Below, piece by piece: positions 24,046-52,847 of a DNA stretch of 53,219 nt. The stretch covers positions 23,679,021-23,732,239 of the forward strand of contig NC_058132.1 in NCBI RefSeq assembly GCF_016433145.1, read 5' to 3'. The notes beneath the pieces were generated by a model, which did not search any database, was not told the origin of the DNA, and was given only the letters and a program-made list of their open reading frames with translations. The position numbers and the translations under genes were made by a program. The stretch is from Gracilinanus agilis. Its lineage: Eukaryota. Each line of letters begins with the position of its first letter. The first letter of the stretch is position 1.

Positions 24046-25161
24046 CACCGAAGCTAGGAGGGGCCTCCCCCTCCCCGTTTGGTTTGAGAGGGAGAGGACC
24101 TGAGGCTCAGAGAGGGAAACAGTTTGCCTGAGGTCACACAGCCAGAAAGCAGTAGAACCACAGTTTGAACTCTGGCTTCCTGGCTTGGGGCCCAGGGCAC
24201 TCTCCAGCCCTGCCATCGCCCGTCCCTTCAATAAACAAATGAGTGATGATAATATAATATTCTGGCTCCTTCCTCAGCTCCTGGTCTTAGTAGAGTCGCA
24301 ACCACTTCCTGTGTCTCACTCCACAACCCCACCCCCTTGAATCACTTTCCTCATTTAGAGAATTTTTCCCATTCTTCTCCCCCCTTCCCAGTAAGGGTTT
24401 CCAGGAATCTCTAGGGGGGTACAATGGGGCAGTGAAGTATGGACCCTGGACGGCACTCACTCACCTCCCCAGCCCCAGCCCAGCTAGTCATTCTGGTCCC
24501 CAAAGGGTTAATGTTTAAACCATGCTTTGAGATCCTGGGTCTCTTGTACCCCCTTCTCCTTATTTGGGAAGGCTGGGGTGGGGGTGGGGGCCAGGAGGGT
24601 AGAGGGAAGACTCCTCCTAGTGGCCTGGATAGGTGGAGGGAGGGAGAGGCGGCCCATCCTGGCTGGCGGCTGGAGAAAAGCCTCCCTTCCCGTCCTCCCC
24701 TCCTCCCCCTCCAGGGGCGTGTGAACCGAAGCCGGGGCAGGAAAGAGGGCCTGGGGGGGACCCTGCAGCTGCTCACAGGCTCCTGGGGAAGGGCCTTCGA
24801 AAGCCTCCAGGGCAGCGCTGTCCCTGGCGGGGCCACACAGGCCCGCTTTGGTGCTCTCACTCTGTGACCCTCCGAAGGGTCCCGAAGCCTGTGCCTGGCC
24901 AGGGCCAAGGGAGAGCCGGGGGAGGCCAAGCTGGAGGCCGCTTCTGGCTCTCTGACCTTTCCCCAGCGCCCCCTGCCCTTCTGTGCCCTTCCCCTCTCTC
25001 CCCCTCCTGCGGGCCTTGGCTGTCCTGCCCATTAACCCCGGGCCCTCCCCGCGCCAGGGGACCCAGTGAATGATGTCCCCTCTCCATCCTGGCTCCGGGC
25101 CTCTTCATTCCTAGGAGCCTGGCTGGGAGGGCCGAGACCGCGGGCTGGGGTCCAGGAAGGG

Positions 25162-26253
25162 TCACTGAGAGGGAGGCAGCATCTTGAGCTGCACATCATC
25201 CCCTCGAGAGTGGGAGTGGGAGGCCAGAGCCCCTCCCCAGCCCAGGCGGCCCACACTGTTCCTCTTGGACGACAGCGGGGTCTCCAGGGTCAGGGAGACG
25301 TTGGCCATCTCCTGGGGCTTGTCGCTGGCCAGGAACCGCAGGAGGCTGTGCAGGGCCTTGGCCACGTCGCCGCGGGCACCCTCGTTGACGAAGCAGTAGA
25401 GGATGGGGTCGGCCACGCAGTTGAGGCTGGTGAAGGCCAGCGAGCTGTGGTAGGCGGCGAAGACCTTCTCCTCGAAGCCGCAGTCCCAGGGACGGCCCAG
25501 GTAGACGGCGCTGCGGGACAGCAGGAGCACGTGGTAGGGCGCGAAGCACACGAGCACGATGGCGATGAGGCTGAGGGCCAGCCGCTTGATCTTGGCCTTC
25601 TCCTGGCGCTCGGTGGACACGCTGCCACGCACGGCGCGCAGGATGCCCCGGTAGGAGAAGAGCATGAGGGACCAGGGGAAGAGGAAGCCGATGAAGATGC
25701 GATAGAGATTCATCCAGGCCACCCAGCCCTCCATGGGGAACTTCTCGAAGCAGAAGGTGTGGTTGTAGCGGTCCCGGAAGAGCTCGTCGTGGAAGAGCGG
25801 GGCCGAGTTGGCGCCCAGCTCGGTGGCCCACACCACGGAGCTCACCGCCACGGCCGTCTTGACGCGCCGCAGGCGGGCGAAGCGCAGGGGGTGGGCCACG
25901 GCCAAGTAGCGGTCCACGGAGATGCAGCAGAGGAAGGCGATGCTGATGTAGATGTTGGTGTAGAAGACGAAGCCGAAGAGTTTGCAGGAGCCGCGGCCGT
26001 GAATCCAGTTGTCGTGGTGCAGGAAGTAATCGACCCACAGCGGCAGCGTGGCGATGTACAGCAGGTCAGCGATGCTCAGGTTCATCAGGTAGACGCCCAG
26101 CTCGTTGTGCTGGCGGACCTGGCGGTAGGCCGCCCACAGGGCCAGGCAGTTGGTGGGCAGCCCGATGCCCATGACAATGATGTAGAGGGAGGGCGGAAAC
26201 AGGTGGTCCACCCTCGAGTCCACGTGACAGCCCTCCAGAGTGGTGTTGCCCAT
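25162..26253 (-). CDS. GPR4: Proton-sensing G protein-coupled receptor 4, intronless CDS, 363 aa
   Basis: [24 protein letters not shown]...SVDRY...DPILY...KMLPPSQ*. Seven hydrophobic helices; extracellular His10, 17, 79, 80, 85, 165 and 269 present; Kozak acgATGG. Confidence 0.97.
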   Translation of the reverse strand: MGNTTLEGCHVDSRVDHLFPPSLYIIVMGIGLPTNCLALWAAYRQVRQHNELGVYLMNLSIADLLYIATLPLWVDYFLHHDNWIHGRGSCKLFGFVFYTNIYISIAFLCCISVDRYLAVAHPLRFARLRRVKTAVAVSSVVWATELGANSAPLFHDELFRDRYNHTFCFEKFPMEGWVAWMNLYRIFIGFLFPWSLMLFSYRGILRAVRGSVSTERQEKAKIKRLALSLIAIVLVCFAPYHVLLLSRSAVYLGRPWDCGFEEKVFAAYHSSLAFTSLNCVADPILYCFVNEGARGDVAKALHSLLRFLASDKPQEMANVSLTLETPLSSKRNSVGRLGWGGALASHSHSRGDDVQLKMLPPSQ

Positions 26254-26938
26254 CGTGGGTGTGGAGGGCAACGGAGGGGCGGGGGGGCACCCCCTGATCC
26301 AGGTGGGCGGTGGGGCCTCCAGAGGCTGGAGGGCAGGAGGCCATTGGGGCCCCCCTATCCCCTCCAGGGGACTCAGGGACACATGATCAGGGGAGCACAG
26401 GGAGCCCGAGGGATGGGAGACAAGAGCTTGGAGGGTTGCAGGAAGGCAAATAAGGGACCGTTAGGGAGCGGAGAAAGGGTGATTAATGAGGGCAGGAGCA
26501 AGGAAGAAATACCGGAAGTGTCGGACCAGAGGATCCCTCCGCCTGCCCCCCCTTCCTTCTCCCTAGAGTATCGGAGGCAGAGACAGTAAGTGGGAGCTGG
26601 CGGGAAGTCCGAGAAGAATAAGGGGAACAAGAAAAGCAGAATCCAGGGAACTCGGGAGACTGAGGGAGGGACTGTTGGGGTGGAGTGTAGGAACAGGGAC
26701 GGGGAGTGCCGAGTCCCTTGGTTGTGAGGGGGAATGGGAGAGGGCCAAGGTCTTTGGGAAAGAGAGACGTTAAATGTGGAAAGTCTTTAGGAAATGGGGT
26801 GGGGGGTCTGTTGGGAAAGAGAAGCTTTCAGGCAAACGAGAGGGGCAGTTCGGGTCAGGGAGATCCTCCGAGTCGGAGCTTTGTCGGAATCACATCCCTC
26901 CACCTCCAGCAAGCTGGCTCGAGAGTCTGAAATTCGTC
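26254..26938 (-). other. GPR4: Candidate GPR4 5' UTR portion of the coding exon
   Basis: Strong acceptor ctcctgcttctctcttttaacgcag|G with the exon starting at 26938; other acceptors cannot be excluded. Confidence 0.5.
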
Positions 26939-27051
26939 CTGCGTTAAAAGAGAGAAGCAGGAGCGTGAGGGTTACGGGAGCGTCAGCCCATCCATCCAGC
27001 CTGCCACCAACTTCAATTCCATGCCTTGAATGCTTATCAAAAGAGAAGGGG

Positions 27052-27238
27052 GGGCAGCTGGGTAGCTCAGTGGAGTGAGAGCCAGGCCTAGAGATGGGAG
27101 GTCCTGGGTTCAAACCCGGCCTCAGCCACTTCCCAGCTGTGTGACCCTGGGCAAGTCACTTGACCCCCATTGCCCACTCTTACCAATCTTCCACCTATGA
27201 GACAATACACCGAAGTACAAGGGTTAAAAAAAAAAAAG
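27052..27238 (+). mobile_element. Young-looking SINE1-type element with polyA and probable TSD
   Basis: gggcagctgggtagctcagtgg (A box) ...gggttcaaaccc (B box)...polyA; AGAGAAGGGG at 27042-27051 and 27243-27252. Confidence 0.85.
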
Positions 27239-27845
27239 AGAGAGAGAAGGGGAAGGGGTCAGCGTGGCAGAGTGGAAAGAAGGCCAGCTGGCATTTAGAA
27301 GACCTGCCGTCCAAATCCCCACAGCCTGGCACCTTGAGCTGGCACTCTGAGCACTCGATTCGGCCAAGTGAGAGAGCTGGCCTGGGCTGGATAGGCAACA
27401 GGTAAAGGTGCATCATTGTATATGAGGCCATTCCCAGCTGCTGGGGCTGGAAAAGGATGGAGCTGTCAGTCGGGGGTCATCCAGGAGAAGGAGCAGGTCC
27501 TTCCATCTGAAGGCAAAGCCTCACCAGCCTGACTGTCCCCGGAAGATGTTGGGAAACCCCCTGGCAGCCAGTCAGTAAACATTCACTAAATGCCTACTCT
27601 CTGCCAGGCACTGGAATGTAAGGAAGAGCAAAAGAGAGCCCCTACCATCGAGGAGCTCTCAGTCTAACCGGGAGAACCAGCACGAGTGCGAATCTGGCCC
27701 CGCAAGATACATGCAGGAGAAATTGGAGATACTCCAGTTACACACTTGAGACACACTTCACCCGGACAATCACAGGAAAACAACCACCGACTCTAGAAGG
27801 CTTTCACTTTGCTTGCCTTTGCTCTCCCCACAAGAATCCCATTTT

Positions 27846-28057
27846 GGTTTATTTATTTGTTTCAAACCCTTTCCTCCTGTTTTAGAGTCTGTACTTAGTA
27901 TCAGTTCCAAGAAAGAAGAGTGGTAAAGGCTAGGCGATGAGGGTTAAATGACTTGCCCAGGAGCACACAGCTAGGAAGTGTCTGAGGTCACATTTGAACC
28001 CAGGACCTCCCATCTCTAGGCCTGGTTCTCAATCCACTGAGCTACCCAGCTGCCCCC
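27846..28057 (-). mobile_element. SINE1-type CORE-SINE
   Basis: Reverse complement of the SINE head (ccactgagctacccagctgcccc) and CORE. Confidence 0.8.
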
Positions 28058-28659
28058 TGGGAAGGGTTTTGGAGGTCATCGCCAACTCTCTTGTTTTGTA
28101 GATGAGGAAACTGAGGCTCAGGGAGGTGAAAGACTTGCCAGAGGTCATATATATGGATTCAAACCCAGGGTTCTTGACTATCAATCCAGAGCTCAAGCTC
28201 ACCTCCCTCACACTATATCTAGCAAATCGGATCCACTCCAATTCTCCTTCCATAGGTAGCCTGGAGTTACCCTAGCTAGGGTGTGTGCCTTCTGCTCCCT
28301 GGGTGTGCACACATGGAAGACACTCATGCATATGGATGTAGGGGGCCCTACATGTGTGCTCCCCCGTGGCTCGGTCTGCCCTTCTGGCCTGGCCGAATTC
28401 CCCTGGCACCAAAGCATGAGAGCAGCTTCTTAATCCACCAACAGAAAGGTCAAGTGTGCTTGGCAACCCTGCCCCCCTGCCTGACTTCAAACAGTTCCCA
28501 TGCCCTAAAGCCTATCCCGGCCTCCCCGATAGGAACTTGGATCATGACTCTCCAGGGCTTTGGCCCTCAGCCTCCTCTCTGCTGTCCTTAAATCTTCCCT
28601 TTGTGACCCTCAGTGTACCCACTCTGTCCTTAAGCATCCCCCACGCCTAGCCCCAGATT

Positions 28660-29300
28660 CTCCTCCTTTTAGTCCTTCACTGTCTCCTACCAGGTTGCAT
28701 CTCTCCTCTCTCTCTGTCCTTCAGACTCCCTTTCCATTTCCCTCCATGTCCCCTTTCTTTTGCCGCTCAGCCTTCCTTTCTCCCCATCTTCATGGCTCTG
28801 TGTCTCCCCTCTCCGTCCTTCATCTCTCGCTTGTCTGTTCCTCAAGGGTCCCCTTTCTGCCACTGTCCCTCCGTTTCTCCTGCCTCTGCCCCTCAGCCTC
28901 TCCTCTCTCTGTCCTTCAACCTACCTCTCCATTCCTCCATCTTTTTCCTCTTTTTCTCTCCGAGTCTCCCATTGTGGATTCCTCAGCATCCTTTTTCCCA
29001 TGGCCTCCCTGGTGGCTCCCACTTCTGCTCTTCTCTCCGACTCTCTCTATTTCCCTCAATGGCCCCTCCCTGTCTGACAGTCTCCCCTCTCTCCCTCCTT
29101 TGCTTTTCCTCCATTCCTCAATCCCCCTTTTCCCCACCTCCCCGTCCCTTCGGCTCCCCTCTCCGTCTCCACCAGTCTCCCTGCTCCCTATCAAGTGTTC
29201 CCCCATCGGTCCCAGCCTGTCCCCTTCCACCCAGCCTCCCGGTGGCCTCGGGCTCTCTGTTCCTGAGTCATCCAGCCCCCCTCTCTCCCTTGGTTTCTTC
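28660..29300 (+). repeat. CT-rich low-complexity tract
   Basis: Pyrimidine-biased; gives spurious Ser/Pro/Leu ORFs. Confidence 0.75.
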
Positions 29301-30299
29301 TTGGAGCTCCATTCCATAATTATCAGTGTGTCCCTTACCTGAAGGCCCTTGGGTGCCGAAGAGAAAACCAGCCACCCTATTTCCTGATATTAAGGAAATT
29401 CACCTCCCACCCAATCATTTCCTCCTGGGGTGGGAGGAAGTGGGAGGGAGGTAGGAGAGTGCCCTCCCTCATCCCGAGAAAGGGGACACGTTGGGGCCAT
29501 ATCTGGGGGCTGCCCTTGGTCTGCTGATGCCCCGAAAGACCCCCTTTCCCAAAGCTCCAGCCTCGTATTCAGAGGCTCTTGGAGCTTGGGGATGATCTCC
29601 TCAGACCGGAGGATGGGAGAACATGGCTGTGACAAGCCGAGACCAAGAAGGACTTTAGAACGCAAGAGCCAGAAGAAGGCATTATGGAATGGGGGCAAAG
29701 TTAGGAAGCACCTCAGGACGCAGAAGGGCAGAGCTGCAAGTCTCAGCTCCTCCTCTGACAAAGAAATGGAATCTGCCCAGGCTCCCGTAGGTGGTGGGAT
29801 TAGAACCCGGGTCTCTTAATGCCAGCTCGGGGGTTTTTTCTACACTGTCCCTCTTCTGCTGCCTGGTGACCCCTGTGGAGACCCCCTCGCCCCTCACCCC
29901 CGTTCCACATATATATATATCTCGAGTTGGGGATCCTCTTTTCTTCCCAGAAGCCTCTGGCGCTCCGGAGGATGGACCTCCAATCTCTGTGGCTTTGCCT
30001 CTGCCCCCTCACCTTTTAGTCCCGTTCTCACCTACCAGCCAGGAGGTCTAGAAGACAGGAGTGGGAGGGGAGACTAGGAAAGGGGATGCGGATGAATCAT
30101 TTGGTTTAGCTCAGGCTCTCCCTGCCTCTGCCTCTCTTCTTCCCCATCTCTTGCATCTCCGTCTTTCTCTGTGGGTAGATCTCTGTCTCTAGCTCTCCCT
30201 CCACATCTGCCTCTGTTCCCCCCCCCCCCAGTCTTTCCCGCCCCCCGTTTGGGAAAGAAGCGGGGGGCGAGGGAACAAGGACAAGACTGACATCTTCTC

Positions 30300-30900
30300 G
30301 CGCTCCTCCGCGTCAAGGAGCCCGAAAGACATCGAGAGAGAGCCCGCAATGGCAGGAGAGGTAGGAAGTGGAAGTTGGGGCTGAGGGAGAGAGACAGAGA
30401 CAGCGCCGAAGGACCTCGCCCGAGAGCTAGCCCCGGGGATGAGCAGGGAAGGGCTGGGGGGCTGGGGCTCAAATGGGGGCTCCCTCCCTCCCGCCCTCCC
30501 CCCGGCCCCTCAGCCCGCTCACCAGCTCCGCCGCCCCGCCGCCTGCTTCTCCGGCGATCTCTGTGTCCCCCTCACATCCGCCCCCGCCCCCGCCCCTCAG
30601 CCCCTCCAGCCGGCTCCCTCTGGGACCGCCTGCCGGCTCCTGCTCTCGAGAGCAGGCTGCCCATTAGAGGCTGAAATGTGATCACGCCGGCCCGGCCTCG
30701 CTCCCCACCTGGTGTCCGTCCCGGACGGCCAGAAACCTGACCCTCCTCCCCCCAGTCCGGGCCATAGCCGGCTTGAGCCCCCACCCCCGGCGGAGAGGCT
30801 CAGTGGCAGGAGGAGAAAGAGGAAGGCTGGGAGGGAGAAGGACACAGCGAGCACCCCTGGGTGACAGCCAAGGAGCCCCAAGGGAGGTGGGCGAAGAAGG
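30300..30900 (-). promoter_or_regulatory. CpG-rich region, candidate GPR4 promoter and non-coding first exon
   Basis: Local CpG cluster with GC boxes about 4 kb upstream of the GPR4 CDS; possible donor CAG|gtgggg with the exon ending at 30709. Confidence 0.45.
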
Positions 30901-32883
30901 GGCTCAGCTAGAGCCAGCCTGGCCATGGCTTCTCCTCCTTGGGTGGGGGAGTCCCCTGGGAGCAGCCCCCAGCCTCGCCCAGAGCCCAACACCCTCTTTC
31001 CCCTCCTCCCCCTTCTCCGCTCCTTGTTTCTGTCCCAGTCACAGCAGCCAAGTTATTAGCTGTCTAGACACAGGCCAAATTAGAGCCCCCAGCAGGGAAG
31101 GGAGGGGGCAGGCAGAAAGCTGGGGCCCTTAACCCTTTGCCCCCCACTTTCCCACCCCACAGCCCATCCAGGTTCTCAGCTTCTCAGTCTTGCTTGCCTC
31201 CCCATCCCCCTTGTTTTGGTGAGTGATGCTTCAACTCCTGGCCCCCGAGAATGGAGAAGGGGCTCTTAACGTTGGGGTGGGGAGAGACCCCTTGGGCAGT
31301 CCGCCACTCTGGGGAAGCCTTTGGCCTCTTTCTCAGAACCACAAGGCATGAAGGTCAATCTGCAGGATTTATGAAAAAGAGCCAAAGGAGAGAAGATAGC
31401 TCGCCAAAATAGATGTGGAAAAAAAACGATTCCCCCGATCTGGGCTCCAGAACCTCCTGACTCCAGTGTGGGGCTTTGAAGGTTCTAGAAATTATCTAGC
31501 TGAAAAGACGAAGGTTCTCGGAGGCCCAGGATCTGGATTGTTCGGCTTTTCGGAGTTCTGTGATTTGAAAGTTCTACGGTTCTATGATTCCCCTTTGGGC
31601 GACCTCAGACCAAGATTGTCTGGTTCTTTTCCAGGAGCCAGGCTCCCAGGCCCTCCAGACTCCCCGTAGGACCCTCCCAGAAGTGGGAAAGCCTTCTCCC
31701 CTTTGGCCCCCATAGCCAAAGCCAGGCTCGGTCCCAGAGAAAGCGGTTGGAAGTAGGGGTGGGGGGGAGCCCTTGGATGGTGTCTAAACCCAAAGAGGGA
31801 AGTCCAGGCTGCTCAGGCTCTGATTGGGAGCAGGTCAGGAAGGAGTTAAAGTTGGAGGGTTCAAGGGAAGAAGGTGGAGGGGGGGAGGAAGAGACTCCCT
31901 CTCCTCCCAGGCCCGGAATTCCTGAAGCCTTCCTGTCTTGGAGATTTGGGGGGGGGGGGCAGGGAGGAGAGGAAGTAAGGGATGGGAGGGATTAGAGGAA
32001 AGGTGGGGGCCAGATCTGCCTTCTGCCTCCAAGGGCTTCTTCTGCTCTTCCTGAACAACTTCTTGAAGGAAATTAGCCCCAACCCATGAGAAAGCCAGAG
32101 ATAGCAGCACAAAGGAAGGAAACCAGCCTCCTGGGAGAGCCCGAGCTAGAGCTCTTGGGTGTGCAGAGGGACAGGAGGAAGGGGAGAGGAGAAAGGAAGG
32201 AGGAGAATGAGACTGCTGGCTTCCCAAAGAGCCCTCCAAGGGCTTCCTCTGACTGGCACAGATGCCAGCTGGGCATAGGCATGAGGGTTCAAGCCAACCT
32301 TCAGTAAGTCCTTTCAGACCAGTTTGATTCTTGAGCCAGTCATGGCTCTGGAGTCCATCCCCCACCTTCACTGAGAGAGTCAGAGATAGATGGAAAGCCA
32401 GAGACAGAAATGGGGGCTACTGGCAGGAGAGACAGAGACAGAATGAGATAGTTATAGAGAGACATCGAGAGAATCCAACAGGACAGACACAAAGACGGAG
32501 AAAAAACTACAGACACAAAGTGACAGACAGAGAGATCAGGGAGGGCTTTCTGGAAGGGGCTGGGACCAGGGGGTCACTAAGCTGGTCCCAGAATGGTGAG
32601 GATGGCCCAGAGAGGGATGGAGCACCAGAGGATCCAGCTTTGAAGGACTTCCTTGGCCCTTCCCGATCCTGCCTGACCCTGAACAAACTACTTGTCCTCT
32701 GCTCCTAAGTTTTCGGCTCCCTGCCGTGGAGGAGCTGGGCTGGGTGGTGGATGGGCATCCTAGATCCAGGAAGCTTTACTTTGCCAACTTGCTATGTGAT
32801 TCGGGGTGTCTCATGCCCTCTCTGGCTTCCTTTTCATTATTTACAAAATGGGAATAATTAACTCCTGCCCCACACCTAGCCAC

Positions 32884-33117
32884 AAGCTAGGTGGTACCAT
32901 GGCCTGGAGTCAGGAAGACTCACCTTCCTGAGTTCAAATCTGGCCTCAAACACTTCCTAGTTGGATGATCCTGGACAAGTCACTGAACTGTATTCCCCTC
33001 AGTTTCCTCATCTGTCAAACAAGCCGGAGAAGGAAATGGCAAACCACTCCAGTGTCTTTGCCAAGAAAACTCCAGATGGGGTCACAAGAGTCACAAGGCT
33101 GAAAAACAACAACAAAA
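32884..33117 (+). mobile_element. MAR1-type SINE
   Basis: gagttcaaatctggcctc...ctcagtttcctcatctgt...ggagaaggaaatggcaaaccactccagtgtctttgccaagaaaac. Confidence 0.8.
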
Positions 33118-33740
33118 ACCACTGCCCCGTCTTCCTCAATCACAGGAGGGTCATTACTTGGGGGAAAAAAATGTTCTGCAAGCCTTGAAACTGAGTAACT
33201 GAAAGCATTTTATGGTCCTAAATGGTCACAAGGGGGCAGGGAAGAGATCTCTGTGGGTAGAAGCAAGCAGGGAGGGCTTCCTGAAGGATTCTGGGAAGGT
33301 AGGTCAGCACTGGGAGGGCTGGAAGCAAAGAGGACCAGGGGCTGGCCCTGAACCGAAGGATCTGAGTTTCTCCTACACATCTACCCCATAAACCCCTGGG
33401 AATTCAGGCTGGGTTGATGATGATCCGAGGGTCCTAGAGGCTTCCACTCATCCCAAAATTCCAGATCTTAGGAGAAAAAAGAACCTGGAGCCAATTCCCG
33501 GCCCCTCTCTCTGGCTTTGTTTCCCCTCCTGACACTCAGGATGGGGAGTTTCAGACTGTTATAGCTAGATCGAAGCCCACAAAGCCCCCACATAGATTAG
33601 AGTGGGGCCCTAGTCTGGCCCTTTAACCTGGGGAAGGCTCACCTCCCTGGGCCTGCCTACACTGTAAGCCTTTGGAGGGCAAGGACTGTCTTGCCTTTTG
33701 TGTGGGTCTGGCACACAAGTAGGCACTTGAATGTTGTTGT

Positions 33741-33905
33741 TGTTTTTTTTAAGAACCATACTAAGGATCAGTTCCAAGGCAGGAGAGCAGTAAGGGCTAG
33801 GCAGTTGGGGTTAAGTGACTTGCCCAGGGTCACCCCAGCTAGGGAGTAGCTGAGGCCACATTTGAATCCAGGACCGCCTGGCTCTCTGTCCACTGAGCCA
33901 CGTAG
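33741..33905 (-). mobile_element. SINE1-type CORE-SINE
   Basis: taagggctaggcagttggggttaagtgacttgcccagggtcac. Confidence 0.75.
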
Positions 33906-34374
33906 GTAGGCACTTAAATGTTGATTCATTTTACTAAACTGGAATTCAAGTTCTCTAAAACGAGGGGGTTAGGATTCTTGGTGGCTCCATCATTTTCCGC
34001 TCTGCCCCTAGAGATACCCCCATTCCAGGCGCCACGCCCGGGGCTGGGAAGCGTCTTGGCCGAGGTCGCACAGCCAGTCTGATGGTTGATTCCCAATCCT
34101 TCCCCCTGGATTTCCGGCCTGACCCCTTACGTGGGTCCCCGAGTCCCAGCTGCCGAGATAAGGAGCCCCGACTTCAAGTAGGCATATCAGGGCCAGAGGG
34201 AGGGGCAATGGCAGGGGCAGGGAGCAGCCCCCCAAGGAGAAAAGGAGGTCCCTCCCTCAAGCGGGAGCAAGGCTGCGGCCCCACGGGGTCCGAGGGACAC
34301 CCACAGAAATCCCAGCAGAGATCTACACTGACACGCACGCGGGAGCCGCGAGCGCCAAAGCTTGAAGTCAAGAA

Positions 34375-34560
34375 GACCCCAGCTCGAATCCAGCCACAGA
34401 TACTTCCTAGCTGTGTCCCCCTGGGCCAGTCACGTTTCCCTTTTTGCCTCGGTTTCCTCATCTGTGCGATGCTCTGGAGAAGGAGATGGCGAACCCCTCC
34501 AGCAGCTCTGCCAAGAAAACCCCAAAAGGGGTCACCCCCAGGAATCAGAGAGGACTGAGA
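34375..34560 (+). mobile_element. MAR1-type SINE fragment
   Basis: ctcggtttcctcatctgt...ctggagaaggagatggc...gccaagaaaacccc. Confidence 0.65.
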
Positions 34561-34668
34561 CGGCTGCCCCCCGTGTGAGGCCCAGCCGGGACCACCCCTC
34601 GGGGTCCCCCGGCTCTGCCCTGCCCCAGAGAGATGCAGCCACACTCTTGCCCTCCGAGTGCACGTGTC

Positions 34669-34674
34669 TTTATT
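34669..34674 (-). terminator. EML2 polyadenylation signal
   Basis: AATAAA on the minus strand about 310 nt after the stop codon, downstream of an AT-rich 3' UTR segment. Confidence 0.7.
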
Positions 34675-34985
34675 TCTGAATGATACAAAAGAATGAACTT
34701 AAAAAAAACCTAAACTAATGTGTCCTCCTCCCTGCAGCTGTGAGCCCCGGCCCCCCCTTCCCCCCTCCCCCCCCCCCGAGAAATATAGAGACCTCTGTCT
34801 GCTCGGCGCTCGGCCCCCTTCACCCGCGTAGAACTCTCTTCCGTGTATATATATATATTATATATAAATCTCTCTCTACATATAGATTCTGTGTAATATA
34901 TTATATTTCTCTCTACGTAGTCCTAGAACGTCCAGGCCCCGGGCAGGGGCTCTCTTCCCCCTTGGCCCTGCTGGCCCCCCGGGGC

Positions 34986-51821
<16,836 letters not shown>

Positions 51822-52847
51822 GGCGGCGGCTACTAAGGCGGCGGCGGGGGCTGCAGCGGCGGCGGGACCAGCTCTCCGAGAGGGAGGCGGGGGGCAGGGC
51901 GGGGCCGGGAACCCGAGCTCAGCTTCCTGCCCCGGGAGGTCCGGGCTCCACCCCGCCCCGGCCCCAGCACTCCCTCGGCTGCCTCCGACAGACACCCCGC
52001 CCCTCCTCCAGCTTGCACTCTCCCAGAAGCCTCCCTGGGATTCTTACGAGTCTCCACGTCCTTGGGGTTTGGGGGGTCTCGGAATCTGCAGGAAGCCCTG
52101 GGTTCAAATTCCCTTCCGGTTGCTAATTACCAGCGTGACCTTGGGCCGGCTGCCCCCTCTCTCTGGGCCCCTGGGGCCACAGAGACCGAAGGGCAGAACT
52201 AGAAAGCCCGCAAGGGGCTTCCCAGTGAGTAATCCCGCTCCACTGAAGCGCCTACTACGTGTCAGCCGCTTGGCCCTTTGCCGGATGGCCCAGGCGTCTG
52301 GATACAAAGATAAAGGCTGCCCTCGGCCTGCGTTAACTGTGTCCCAGGAAACCACGGGGATCACTTGTAAGGAAATACAAAGTACACACTGAGAAGAGCC
52401 GCTACAGTAGCAGATGAGGGCAACCTCGGGAAAGCCTGCAAGGGCCCTCATATTCTGGAGCCCGAGGACAAAGGGGGAGGGAGCAGGGCTTTGGCCCGGC
52501 AAGCCGGTTCTCCCGGTGTGGATACTCTCTCCACTGATGCAGGTGGATTTAGTCATTCATTTTGTTCTCAGCCTCGCCTGGGGAAAGCTGTGGAATGGCA
52601 AGTGACTTGCCCAGGGTCACGTATCCAGTGGGTAATAGCGGCAGGATTGAACTCAGATCTTTCTTTGTCCAAGATGCCAGGACATGACATGTACGCAGAT
52701 ACAGAATAGAATCAATAGTGTGATGGGAGGAAAAGCAAGACCTGGAGGAATGTGTGAGGAGCCCTGCAGGGCCAGGAAAGGATACCAGGCCAGAATGGGT
52801 CAGGGAGAGGCAGACATTCTAGGAGTTGATTGAAATTCTGGGGTTCT

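Noticed and set aside
24558-24567. Perfect CArG box CCTTATTTGG
   Set aside because: A few are expected by chance in 53 kb, and it lies in the presumed GPR4 3' UTR with no supporting context.
26254-26382. 43-aa N-terminal extension of GPR4 in the ORF track
   Set aside because: Starts at GTG, is Pro-rich and low complexity; the ATG at 26253 has a strong Kozak and matches the known N-terminus.
25066-26589. 507-aa ORF on the plus strand
   Set aside because: Antisense shadow of the GC3-rich GPR4 CDS, in codon register with it; no recognisable domain.
29339-29383. Possible 45-nt non-coding GPR4 exon with donor CAG|gtaagg
   Set aside because: The donor is good but the acceptor is mediocre; cannot be supported without transcript data.
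52150-52196. Hairpin containing TCTCTGGGCC, the same as the start of miR-330-5p
   Set aside because: The core stem is only about 11 bp with a 3-nt loop, on the wrong strand and position, and the motif is a generic MIR-type sequence.
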